Part shown: positions 37,244 to 46,106 of the stretch, one piece after another
How positions within the stretch are numbered: the stretch's first letter is position 1
How the letters are laid out: every line of letters starts with the position of its first letter
Assembly (NCBI GenBank): GCA_003646025.1
Contig: QNDR01000003.1
Span: 1 to 59,299, forward strand
Source of the DNA: Candidatus Fermentibacterota bacterium
GTDB lineage: Bacteria; Fermentibacterota; Fermentibacteria; Fermentibacterales; JCC-6
Length of the DNA stretch: 59,299 nucleotides
Direction: 5' to 3'
Made by a program: the position numbers and the translations under genes
The notes under the pieces: generated by a model
What the model was told of the DNA's origin: nothing
Databases searched by the model: none
The model's input: only the letters and a program-made list of their open reading frames with translations

Positions 37244-37332
37244 ACTCACTTCCACCTCCTGTCTTCTTCCAAGCCAGCTCTTACGAGTGGTTTGGACTCC
37301 GTTTGTATAGTGCGTCATATTCATGCCACACC

Positions 37333-38001
37333 CTAATTAGTCAACACAAAGTTGTAACTCAGAGAGGTCCACACACCAACGGGCTGCCCGTTGTTGCGTG
37401 CCGGGGACCAGCGAGTATTCCATGCTGCCGTTATAGCCGCATCATCAAGGCTGCCCACACCACTCGAGTTGTACAGCTGAACATCAGCCACTGAACCATC
37501 AGCTTTGATATAAAGCCAGAGCGTAACCAGACCCTCAACACCAGCCTGACTTGCAAGGTCAGGATATATGGGAGGAGGCTGGTAGGTACAAACCGGGAGC
37601 ACTTCCGCGGCCATAAACCGTGGAGGTCCCATTTCATCGCTCTGCTCCATATCTGCAAGCTCATCACTCTGATCGATTGTAAGGGCTTCTTCCAGCCCCT
37701 CTGTGTCATCACTGAGCGACAGTGTAATATCCAGCTCTTCTATTATATCTTCTGTTTCCTCCTGCAATTCTTCCTGCTCATCTTCAACTTCTTCCTCCTG
37801 CTCCTCAACGGTATCGTCAAAGGCGATGTCGGCTTCAACAGCCTCCATCTGGGAATCAGAAGTTCGAGTAGACAGCCTGCCCAGTTCACTGGCAGGAATA
37901 AACTCGAAGAAGATGATCAGAAACGCAAGAGCTGTGACTATACCCCACTCAATACCGAGCGCGGCTTTCCTTCTGCTCTCTGTGTTTGCGTTTGTAGACA
38001 T
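37333..38001 (-). CDS. tonB: TonB-family energy transducer
   Basis: N-terminal TM, a Glu-rich linker, and the C-terminal TonB domain PPIYPDLASQAGVEGLVTLWLYIKADGSV. Start at ATG 38001 behind GGAGGTGAG. Confidence 0.8.
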   Translation of the reverse strand: MSTNANTESRRKAALGIEWGIVTALAFLIIFFEFIPASELGRLSTRTSDSQMEAVEADIAFDDTVEEQEEEVEDEQEELQEETEDIIEELDITLSLSDDTEGLEEALTIDQSDELADMEQSDEMGPPRFMAAEVLPVCTYQPPPIYPDLASQAGVEGLVTLWLYIKADGSVADVQLYNSSGVGSLDDAAITAAWNTRWSPARNNGQPVGVWTSLSYNFVLTN

Positions 38002-38011
38002 CTCACCTCCT

Positions 38012-38476
38012 CTATATTCCTGTGCCCAGTTCCTGGGCGTTAAACTGAATGCTGTACAGTTCCTCGAAACGAAGATCCGCAAAAAGGTCAACCATAGTTC
38101 TCATTGGAACACGGGTGTCCGCATTGATAACTATGACATCGAGGCGCTTGTTCTGCTCACGCCAGAATTTGTCAGCAAGTCTTTTAAGCTGTTCCGCGAT
38201 CTGCCCTGCGGGCAGGTCGTAGTCGCCTATTCTTGCCACAATTTCACTCTGGCTGTCACCGGGGTTCATCTGTTTGATCCAGACTGCCACGATGAGATTC
38301 TCCTTACCCAGTTCACTCATTACTTCCGGGTGAGCCTGGGGAAAACGAATCCTGAGACCGCTGTCATCCTTGAAAATGGTGGTTGCCATAAAGAAAACCA
38401 GAAGCAGAAATACTATATCCGACATAGTGCCGGATCCTATTGTATTGCCGACTTTCATTCTTCTTTTAAACTTCAC
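38012..38476 (-). CDS. exbD: ExbD/TolR biopolymer transport protein
   Basis: SDIVFLLLVFFMATT TM motif and a ~150 aa length typical of ExbD. Confidence 0.85.
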   Translation of the reverse strand: MKFKRRMKVGNTIGSGTMSDIVFLLLVFFMATTIFKDDSGLRIRFPQAHPEVMSELGKENLIVAVWIKQMNPGDSQSEIVARIGDYDLPAGQIAEQLKRLADKFWREQNKRLDVIVINADTRVPMRTMVDLFADLRFEELYSIQFNAQELGTGI

Positions 38477-39222
38477 TGCACACCACCTCCAAGTCTCTCC
38501 TGTATTGTGATACCCGTACGGCTGACACCGTTGCGTCTGAGGATATCAAGGGCACTTATCATGCCGTCGTAATCACAGTCAGGGAAAAACTTGAGAATAA
38601 CAACAAGCTCGCTCTCTCTTACGGCTGAGGCGATGTTGCCCTGCCTGGCATCGGCCAGAACAAGGGTATCGCCAAAAGCCACTTCTCCAAAGATCGGATC
38701 GATGACTGTTGGAACAGACCCGCCCATTACTTCCCGAATCAGCCCGGGATGCACAATTGCAGAAAGGTTCTCTGCCTGCACAGCCGAGCTCATGCTGGAG
38801 TAAGTACCGGAAGGAACACCCTTTGCCACCTCAAGGTTGTTCAACAACCTGTCTGAGGTAGCTTCTATTGCTTCAGCCCTCTGGGCTGCAAGGGTCATTA
38901 TTCCTTCCTGAAGCTCAGGGTCGTCAAGAATAACATCTTCACCGGCTAATGCTCTGTGAAGAGGGCCATCAGGCGGTGCCTGGTCTACCAGAGCCACATA
39001 GCTTCCGATACCCCACTGCTTGATGGTCATTACAAGCCGGTTTGTCTCATCGATCACTACCTCTTCCGTCTGTTCATCGGGCTTCTTTGGCAGCTGGTAG
39101 CTGATGCCCTTCTGAACATCGAAAGTGGTCGTCACAAGGAAGAAGATCAGCAGCAGGAATGCAATATCGGACATGGACGAATCAGTAAATTCGCCTGTTG
39201 CCCGTGGTCTTTTACTGCGCAT
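38473..39222 (-). CDS. ExbD/TolR-family protein with a long internal insertion
   Basis: MSDIAFLLLIFFLVTTTF TM motif and an ExbD-like C-terminal end (CDYDGMISALDILRRNG). At 249 aa it is ~100 aa longer than usual. 4-nt overlap with the next gene. Confidence 0.7.
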   Translation of the reverse strand: MRSKRPRATGEFTDSSMSDIAFLLLIFFLVTTTFDVQKGISYQLPKKPDEQTEEVVIDETNRLVMTIKQWGIGSYVALVDQAPPDGPLHRALAGEDVILDDPELQEGIMTLAAQRAEAIEATSDRLLNNLEVAKGVPSGTYSSMSSAVQAENLSAIVHPGLIREVMGGSVPTVIDPIFGEVAFGDTLVLADARQGNIASAVRESELVVILKFFPDCDYDGMISALDILRRNGVSRTGITIQERLGGGVQ

Positions 39223-39234
39223 TCTTGCTCCTTA

Positions 39235-40074
39235 TCACAGTTGCTTGAGGTTTTCCATGTCTGCAAGCTGATCAACAAGGAACACGCTTGCTTCTTCCAT
39301 ATCGGTAATGAAATGCCCTACCCGCGAGATGAAATAGTTGTTGGCCATCTGAATCGGGATAGCAACCACAAGACCGGAGGCCGTTGTGATAAGTGCTTCC
39401 TGGATACCGCCTGCTACCAGACTGGCATCAACATTCTTGGCTGCAGCAATTTCACCGAAGGCACGGATCATACCGGAAACAGTACCCAGGAATCCAAGCA
39501 TAGGCGCTATACTTGATACAGAGGCAAGAACAACAAGCCCCTTCTCAAAATGAGCCATCTCTATGGATCCGGCACTTTCAATCGCTTTTTCAACGTCTAC
39601 AAGACCTTTGTCTCTTCTCGAAAGACCTGCTCTGAGAATAGCAGAAACAGGACCCCTGGTGCGATCGCAGAGACTTTCCGCGCCGCTGAGATCACCTTTG
39701 CGAACATATCCCCCAAGCTGATCGAGGAACTTATTCACATCAAGTTTAGCCTTGCTGAAAACTATGAATCTCTCTACTGAAACTGCGATACCGATGATCA
39801 GCGCGATAAGAATTGGCCACATGAAAGCGCCACCGGCGATGAACAGATCCTTAAGATCCATGCTCGCACTCTGTGAGCGCTCCACTTCTTCGGCCTCTGG
39901 CGTTTCTGAAGCGTCTGCAGCTTCAGCATCCACAGCGGGCTCTTCCGCTGGAACAACCTCCTCATCTACCGTCTCGGTAACAACTCCTGTAGTGTCTATT
40001 GCTTCCGGCTCTTCATTCTGAGCAACGGCAAGCGGTGCCATTATCAGTAGAAGCACCAGCAAGATTTTATGCAT
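39235..40074 (-). CDS. exbB: MotA/TolQ/ExbB proton-channel protein
   Basis: Signal peptide plus an acidic periplasmic extension, then the ExbB core (SIAPMLGFLGTVSGMIRAF...ALITTASGL). Start at the internal ATG 40074. Confidence 0.85.
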   Translation of the reverse strand: MHKILLVLLLIMAPLAVAQNEEPEAIDTTGVVTETVDEEVVPAEEPAVDAEAADASETPEAEEVERSQSASMDLKDLFIAGGAFMWPILIALIIGIAVSVERFIVFSKAKLDVNKFLDQLGGYVRKGDLSGAESLCDRTRGPVSAILRAGLSRRDKGLVDVEKAIESAGSIEMAHFEKGLVVLASVSSIAPMLGFLGTVSGMIRAFGEIAAAKNVDASLVAGGIQEALITTASGLVVAIPIQMANNYFISRVGHFITDMEEASVFLVDQLADMENLKQL

Positions 40075-40118
40075 CTGGTAACTCTCCTTGTTCTTGCGGG
40101 AATACCCGCCCAAAATTT

Positions 40119-42899
40119 CTACCATTCGAAGTCAATACCAAAACGGATCTGTCTTCTGCGACCGTAAGCATCAGGCTGACCAGAAGCACTTCTGGGATCA
40201 TGATCGGGCTGGCCATTACCGTCCTGGTCAGCATCGTACCATGCTGTATCTCTGATGCTGTTTATGTTTGCACGGTTAAAGAGATTAAGCACCCATACAT
40301 ACACGTTAAGAGATGTATCACCCATCCAGAACATCTTGTTAAGTTTGGCTGTTGTGTTCATTGTGAACGGGTAGCGCTCTCCGTTGATCTCAGGGTCGGC
40401 AGTTGCCTGACCGCTTGCGTTGTACGGGAAACCGCTGCCGTAATTCCACTGAAGTGAAAGACCGAGACCCTGGAGGTAGCGCGTGCCGCCCCAGGCTGGC
40501 CCCTCGTTGCGGGGAATGCGGAAATCAAAGTTCGCGTTAACTTCATGCCTCTGGTCCCAGTCGAGGAAACTCTCTCGTTTGGGAATAACCCAGCCGGACC
40601 AATTGTAGTTGTAGTTCTGGTAAGCGCTGGAACTCTTTCCCTTCGCTATGGAATAGGTATAGTTGGCACTGAAGCTGACGAAGTTTGCAGGACGCCTCAT
40701 AAGTGTGAACTCGGCACCGCGGACATTACCATAGTCACCGTTTATGAACAGATCGTAGGCATCAACGGCAGTGAAGTAGTTCTTCTGCATGTCAACAAGA
40801 CCGGTGATGTCTTTGTAGTAACCGGTGATATCCAGCATGGTTACATCGTCAAACTGGTGCTTGATACCAACCTCGTAAGCGATGGTCTCTTCAGGAGCAA
40901 GATCGGGGTTACCGACGATGGGGAAAGCACCTGAAAGGTCGAAGTTTGCGCCGTCAAACATGTTGGCGAAATCGGGCACCTGGAAGTAGTGACCGTAGGT
41001 AAAGTGAAGAACATCACGCTCTGTAATGGGATGGCTGAAGCCGATCCTCGGGCTGAGGTGATACTTTGCGGTGACACTGACCGGATTATTGATGTGATCC
41101 GGGTCTTCAGCCGAAGTTCCCGGGTTTACCGGATCTGTAAGGTCAGCAGGATAGTCGTCAAAGTTGGGGTTGAAGTAGTCAAAACGAAGACCGGCGTTAA
41201 CTATCATTCCGCGGTACTCCATCTTGTCCTGCATGTAAGCTGAAGCAGCATGTGGGAATGCATGCCAGTCACTCATGTATATGTTTCCACCAGAAGCAGT
41301 GTCTACGCTGTATTCGTAAACATCGTAGTATTTGCCCTCAACACCAAACTTGATCTGGTGCTGCTGGTTAACCTGGCTCGTAACATCGACTCTGGCTGTA
41401 GCAGTGGAACTTTCAGAATCGTACCAGGCAAATCTGCATGCACCTGAACGGTAGAAACCGTCAGAATCCTGAATACGGGTAGGTGTGTAGTTGAGCCAGT
41501 CTTCTGCAGTATACCCTTCTCCAACATATCCACCGTCCGGGTCAAGAATTCTTCGTTCTTCAGTAGCCACATACTGGTTGATCTTGAATTCCAGGAAACT
41601 GGCATCACTCAGAGTCTGTGTGAGGCTGAAGCCCATAGAGTAATTTTCAAAATTCCTGTCAGGAAGACCGTAACGAATATCCTGCCCGGGGATTGTGTCT
41701 CCACTGAGTGGGTCAACATAGTCATCCTCGAACCTGGCGTAGTACCACCCATACTGGGCGTTTCCAGAGTAAAGGCCAGTATCCGTGTTTCTGTAGAACC
41801 CGCTGAAGTTCAGCTTGGTTCTGGGATTAGGCTTGATGGTAAGTTTTACGTTGCCATTCCACTGCTCGCTGCCCTGATTGAGGTAGTAAGCGTAGTTGCC
41901 GTCACGACCACCACCGTACTGCAACCACTTAACAGCTCCAAACACGCGGACATCAGCACCAACATCAAGTCCCAGGGCGGGAAGAAGATACTGTGTGATG
42001 GGCTCAGGGCCTCCAAGAGAGGCTTCTGCTGAAAGCCTGGCTTCTGAGAAGTCTGCGATCTTGTCACCGCCAAATTCCTGAAGAGGGCTTCCATCCTCAC
42101 CATTGAAGTGGCGACCGCCGAACCACTGCCCGGGATATCCCCAGGCCCATCCGTCGGAAATACCGAGGGCATCAAAATCGTTACCATTCATGCCGAGGGA
42201 ACCTGTGTAACGGGCTCCACCTTCACGGGTAACAACATTGATGATACCGGACTGGGCGTTTCCATACTCAGCACCGAAACCACCGGAAATAACCGATGTC
42301 TCAGCTACTGCCGACAGTGGAAGTGTCTGATCAGATGCATTTCCGTTGGGATCTGTCTGGGAAACACCGTCTACAACGTAAGCAACTTCACCGCCACGAC
42401 CGCCGCGCATGTGAAGACCACCGCGATCAACGGCACCGGCCTGCTGGTTCACCACATCGGTGATACCGGCAACCGGCATGGTTCTGATCTCATCACGGCT
42501 TACAACCGATACACTCGATGTAACACCGCGGAGGATCATACCCCTCTGATCGGTTACGGTGATAACCGTACTTCCGACCGCCTCTGGGTTAAGAACAAAG
42601 TCCATTCGAGTGGTCATATCAACGATGACACTCGCACCCTCTGCTGTCTGCTTGCCCATTCCAACCATGCTTGCCTGGAGATCGTAGGTTCCAGGCTGCA
42701 AGTTGATAATGAAGTACTCTCCATTTGGATCCGTCATTGCTCCGAAGGAAGTACCGATAATCATCACAGTCGCTCCGATCAACGGATTTCCGTCTGCATC
42801 GGTAACGCGACCGGCAATCTTACCGGTAGTTCCTGCGTTAGCAGCAAGGGATACAAAAAGAAGTAGAGCAAGCGTAAACACTGACGCTCTTCTAAACAC
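40119..42899 (-). CDS. TonB-dependent receptor with N-terminal carboxypeptidase-regulatory-like domain
   Basis: GKIAGRVTDADGNPLIGATVMIIG...GEYFIINLQPGTYDL (CarbopepD_reg-like), a plug region, a long beta-barrel, and a C-terminal ...RFGIDFEW. GTG start behind AAGGAG. Confidence 0.85.
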   Translation of the reverse strand: MFRRASVFTLALLLFVSLAANAGTTGKIAGRVTDADGNPLIGATVMIIGTSFGAMTDPNGEYFIINLQPGTYDLQASMVGMGKQTAEGASVIVDMTTRMDFVLNPEAVGSTVITVTDQRGMILRGVTSSVSVVSRDEIRTMPVAGITDVVNQQAGAVDRGGLHMRGGRGGEVAYVVDGVSQTDPNGNASDQTLPLSAVAETSVISGGFGAEYGNAQSGIINVVTREGGARYTGSLGMNGNDFDALGISDGWAWGYPGQWFGGRHFNGEDGSPLQEFGGDKIADFSEARLSAEASLGGPEPITQYLLPALGLDVGADVRVFGAVKWLQYGGGRDGNYAYYLNQGSEQWNGNVKLTIKPNPRTKLNFSGFYRNTDTGLYSGNAQYGWYYARFEDDYVDPLSGDTIPGQDIRYGLPDRNFENYSMGFSLTQTLSDASFLEFKINQYVATEERRILDPDGGYVGEGYTAEDWLNYTPTRIQDSDGFYRSGACRFAWYDSESSTATARVDVTSQVNQQHQIKFGVEGKYYDVYEYSVDTASGGNIYMSDWHAFPHAASAYMQDKMEYRGMIVNAGLRFDYFNPNFDDYPADLTDPVNPGTSAEDPDHINNPVSVTAKYHLSPRIGFSHPITERDVLHFTYGHYFQVPDFANMFDGANFDLSGAFPIVGNPDLAPEETIAYEVGIKHQFDDVTMLDITGYYKDITGLVDMQKNYFTAVDAYDLFINGDYGNVRGAEFTLMRRPANFVSFSANYTYSIAKGKSSSAYQNYNYNWSGWVIPKRESFLDWDQRHEVNANFDFRIPRNEGPAWGGTRYLQGLGLSLQWNYGSGFPYNASGQATADPEINGERYPFTMNTTAKLNKMFWMGDTSLNVYVWVLNLFNRANINSIRDTAWYDADQDGNGQPDHDPRSASGQPDAYGRRRQIRFGIDFEW

Positions 42900-43081
42900 T
42901 TTGCAGCTCCTTTCTCATGGCTACAAACTGTGCGCCCCCGATGCCCCGGCGTACACCCCTGGAAGGCACCGGATCTGCACAAACAAACACCTCTACCACG
43001 GCCAGCCGTGGCCACCTAACACTTTACAGCACACCACTTTACGGCGTACTAACCTATTGTCACACAACTCTTTGCCTTGTT

Positions 43082-43110
43082 AGGATACATAAGCCTTGAA
43101 GCAGTGTCAA
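43082..43110 (-). promoter_or_regulatory. Putative sigma70-like promoter of the TonB-dependent receptor cluster
   Basis: Minus strand TTGACA (43110..43105) - 17 nt - TATCCT (43087..43082), about 180 nt upstream of the GTG start at 42899. Confidence 0.35.
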
Positions 43111-43375
43111 GAACAGGATTACAGGCTTTTGGGAACAAAAACCTGTCTGATCGGTATAAGTGGTTCAATACCGCACAGCTAACCTTCCCGAGCTGGATCC
43201 AGCGTAGAATGGCCTGTGCCTGTTGTTTCGGAATTGCTGTTTCCGACTGTCGGCTATCGAATTACATTTTACATCGCATGTATTCGTTATAGATTAGGTA
43301 TCCTCGTGGTAGGAGTCAGAACCTGATGAATTATTTTCACAGCAGATTGACGACAACTGTTTTAACAAGAAGCAG

Positions 43376-44443
43376 TTAAAACACTCTTTCCACACCGATC
43401 ATCACTGTTTCACCCTTGTCGAAGACGTGGTTGATGTAATCGGTGGAGATCCCCGATGCATCACGGTAGCGACTCTGAAGCTGGTATGCTGCTGAAAAAC
43501 GGTAGTTGCCAAAAGTGTAATCCCCGCCGTAACTGAAACCAAGACCGGTTTTCAAAGCTCCTTCAGGCCTGTATCCGTCTATTCCCATATAGATGTTTGA
43601 GCCTTCCACTACGCCGGGAAGGCGGGCAAAAGCAGTACCTTTAAGCCAGTTGCCGTCGTAAAGAGCAAACTCAGCCCCCAGATAGCCGCCTTTTAAAAAT
43701 GGAAAAGAAGCGGACACGCCAATATCTGCGAATGACATGTACCTGCTGTCGCCGCTGACAAAGGAAGAATACACTACGGTATACCCCAGACTGGTGCTGG
43801 CTCCTGCCCTGAGAGCGAATTCAGATTGATCCCACGATTCTACAATTGTTGAATCCGGGCCGCTTACTCTGTTTGAGAAGGTTGTTGATTCACCACTGCC
43901 GAACCTCACGCCAGGAGAAATACCAATGTTTACCGGCCCCAAAGACCCTGCAATGGAAACCAGAGCTTCGTTCAGACTTCCTGTTGCATCTGTAACCATG
44001 GTTTTGTACAACTCCCGATGAAGATAACCTACCTCGCGATACACCTGCATTGTAGCTGTCATGTCGTACTGCGAAACAACAGCAATCCCGGCTCCGGCAG
44101 AAATACCGTTCCATACCGGGAATGCCACGGCAAACTCTCCCCGGGGAATCATACCTCCAAGGTTGTCTCTGTGAGGTTCCGTACATGTGTAGTGATATGT
44201 GATGATTTCATTCCATCCGGTTTCCCAGCCGGAAGCAGAAACCATCAGCCTGTTGATTCCCGTAAGAGCAGAAGGGTTGGTAAAAACAGAGAATGCCGAC
44301 GAAGTATCCGGCACAGATGCTCCGCACATCCCGGCGCTCGGCGGACTAAGGCTCGGTACTCTGCCTCCGAAACCGAATATGTCCCAGTATCCGTAGCCGA
44401 ATGCAGAAACCGTAAGCACCAGCATAACAAAAAGAGATCTCAT
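43376..44443 (-). CDS. Outer-membrane beta-barrel protein, weakly PorV/PorQ-like
   Basis: Signal peptide; AGMCGASVPDTSSAFSVFTNPSAL resembles the GMGGA...NPAAL motif; alternating beta-strand pattern; terminal ...VERVF. Confidence 0.6.
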   Translation of the reverse strand: MRSLFVMLVLTVSAFGYGYWDIFGFGGRVPSLSPPSAGMCGASVPDTSSAFSVFTNPSALTGINRLMVSASGWETGWNEIITYHYTCTEPHRDNLGGMIPRGEFAVAFPVWNGISAGAGIAVVSQYDMTATMQVYREVGYLHRELYKTMVTDATGSLNEALVSIAGSLGPVNIGISPGVRFGSGESTTFSNRVSGPDSTIVESWDQSEFALRAGASTSLGYTVVYSSFVSGDSRYMSFADIGVSASFPFLKGGYLGAEFALYDGNWLKGTAFARLPGVVEGSNIYMGIDGYRPEGALKTGLGFSYGGDYTFGNYRFSAAYQLQSRYRDASGISTDYINHVFDKGETVMIGVERVF

Positions 44444-44480
44444 CGCAGCTCCTCTCTGTTTTTATTCCATATCGGCAAAG

Positions 44481-44509
44481 ATGATACAAGGATCACCAAC
44501 AAGTGTCAA
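44481..44509 (-). promoter_or_regulatory. Putative sigma70-like promoter of the 355-aa barrel gene
   Basis: Minus strand TTGACA (44509..44504) - 17 nt - TATCAT (44486..44481), ~40 nt upstream of ATG 44443. Confidence 0.35.
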
Positions 44510-44568
44510 TATAACAGAATGATAAACTGCTATTGAGAAAACGATGGCTGTTCGTTTCAGCTGTGCTT

Positions 44569-44596
44569 CAGGCGGGGTTCCCAGGAGCCCCGCCTG
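44569..44596 (-). terminator. Hairpin after the four-gene membrane operon
   Basis: CAGGCGGGG (44569..44577) / CCCCGCCTG (44588..44596): a 9-bp GC-rich stem with a 10-nt loop, 12 nt past the stop at 44608. No U-tract. Confidence 0.35.
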
Positions 44597-44607
44597 ACTG
44601 AAAACAG

Positions 44608-45252
44608 CTACAGATGTATGCCCATGGTAGGCAACCAGTCAAAAAGAAGGAACTGAGTCTGACCGATGAGAAGGCTGATACGGGCCATAACCGTGTAACC
44701 AAAACTCGCACCGAATGCTACCATCAGCAGTGTGATTCCCACATTTGCGGCTCCACCGATTACGCCTGTGTGCGCTTTGGAAAAGAAGAAGTACACGAGA
44801 CCGCAGACAACCCCGGCCACAAGGATGAGATTGCTCACCCAGTCGAACCAGCCACCGCCCTGCCCAAGGGCAATGATCGTTCCGTTGACCTGCGCAAGGG
44901 CATTGGTCTGGAACATAGCGGTCATACTCAGCCCTGCTCCTGTACCAACTATCAGAGCCAGCGAAAATCTGCTTAGGCCGGAAAGCTTTGGAACAACCCG
45001 AAGAACCATGAACAGACCCAGAACACCGGGTATAAGCCAGATCGGCTGCATACCGCCCTCGGCTGGTACGAGGTTGTTCCACCAGTTCGGTATCAGTACA
45101 TTCATTATTGTGTAGATAACCCAGTAGCCTGCACTCATTCCCACAAACAGGTGTTCAGCGAACTTGTAGAAAGGATTGTCTTTGTAGAGGAAACTGTAGA
45201 GACTGAGGGAAAGCAGAGCTCCCAGCCATATTCCGATTACTGTCCAGTTCAT
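44608..45252 (-). CDS. Polytopic integral membrane protein, unknown family (operon gene 4)
   Basis: 214 aa with about six hydrophobic spans. ATGA overlap with the upstream gene. No motif recognised. Confidence 0.7.
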   Translation of the reverse strand: MNWTVIGIWLGALLSLSLYSFLYKDNPFYKFAEHLFVGMSAGYWVIYTIMNVLIPNWWNNLVPAEGGMQPIWLIPGVLGLFMVLRVVPKLSGLSRFSLALIVGTGAGLSMTAMFQTNALAQVNGTIIALGQGGGWFDWVSNLILVAGVVCGLVYFFFSKAHTGVIGGAANVGITLLMVAFGASFGYTVMARISLLIGQTQFLLFDWLPTMGIHL

Positions 45253-46106
45253 TTCACCCCTCCTTTCCTCTTTTTGTTTGCCAGATATGAAATGTTTCCA
45301 AGAACTATGAACAGCATGATAACCAGATGGGCAACAGACTGTGCTGCCATACCGGGAGTTGCAGTTCCTGCCGGAGGGTCGTCAACACCTATTCTAACCA
45401 TGGTTTCGTAGTCAGCTGCCCCTTTGAGGCCACCCAGAAGACCGACCATCTGCCCTGTTCCAAGGTATGGATAGAACTGCGGAGCACTTACTGCAGTGCA
45501 TCCTCCCCCTATGGAGATGTCGTATCTATCACCTGCCATCATCACCCACGCAGGAATACCGGGATCACCTGCAGACAGTGAAATGATCATGTCGAAATCG
45601 CCGAGTATGTTGATCTGATCCATTACCGGGATATCATCAACAGGAACTCCATTGTAGTCTTCCGGGAAAACCGATTTTATGTCACTGCCCATGCGGACAA
45701 TAAGAACACCGCCACCAGTTTTGTAACCAAGGTTAACCCAGTCTACATATTCTTCCCTGCCCAGACTGTCAGAGACATATGAAAGAGCTTCATTGCCCAG
45801 GCTCACACCCATTGGCCACAGAGCAAGAGAAACTATCTTAATGTCTTTCGTCATCAGCTGCTGAACCAGAGCAATAGCCATTGGCTGCAACTCCGGCATT
45901 GTTGACGGATCGTAGTCGAAACTGAGGAGAACCGTTGACCCCGGGGGAAGAGCATCCACCGCATCGTACATATCTTTACTGGGGCCTTCATCAATGGGAA
46001 TGGGAAGGCTCAGTCTTACAGCAAGGGGAATAATAACAGCCAGTGCCATTACAACGAATATTACCCTTCTGTCTATGTTTCCCAGCTTTTCAATAAATGT
46101 TGACAT
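45249..46106 (-). CDS. Bitopic membrane protein with large soluble domain, unknown family (operon gene 3)
   Basis: N-terminal TM (VIFVVMALAVIIPLAV), a ~230-aa domain, a C-terminal TM (HLVIMLFIVLGNISYL) and a basic tail. 1-nt overlap with the upstream gene. Confidence 0.7.
   Translation of the reverse strand: MSTFIEKLGNIDRRVIFVVMALAVIIPLAVRLSLPIPIDEGPSKDMYDAVDALPPGSTVLLSFDYDPSTMPELQPMAIALVQQLMTKDIKIVSLALWPMGVSLGNEALSYVSDSLGREEYVDWVNLGYKTGGGVLIVRMGSDIKSVFPEDYNGVPVDDIPVMDQINILGDFDMIISLSAGDPGIPAWVMMAGDRYDISIGGGCTAVSAPQFYPYLGTGQMVGLLGGLKGAADYETMVRIGVDDPPAGTATPGMAAQSVAHLVIMLFIVLGNISYLANKKRKGGVK

Noticed and set aside
42900-43081. Cobalamin riboswitch in the TonB-dependent receptor leader
   Set aside because: I found no B12 box (GCCACUG-type), no GGUGAAAAUCC-like element and no AGGGAA core in the minus-strand leader.
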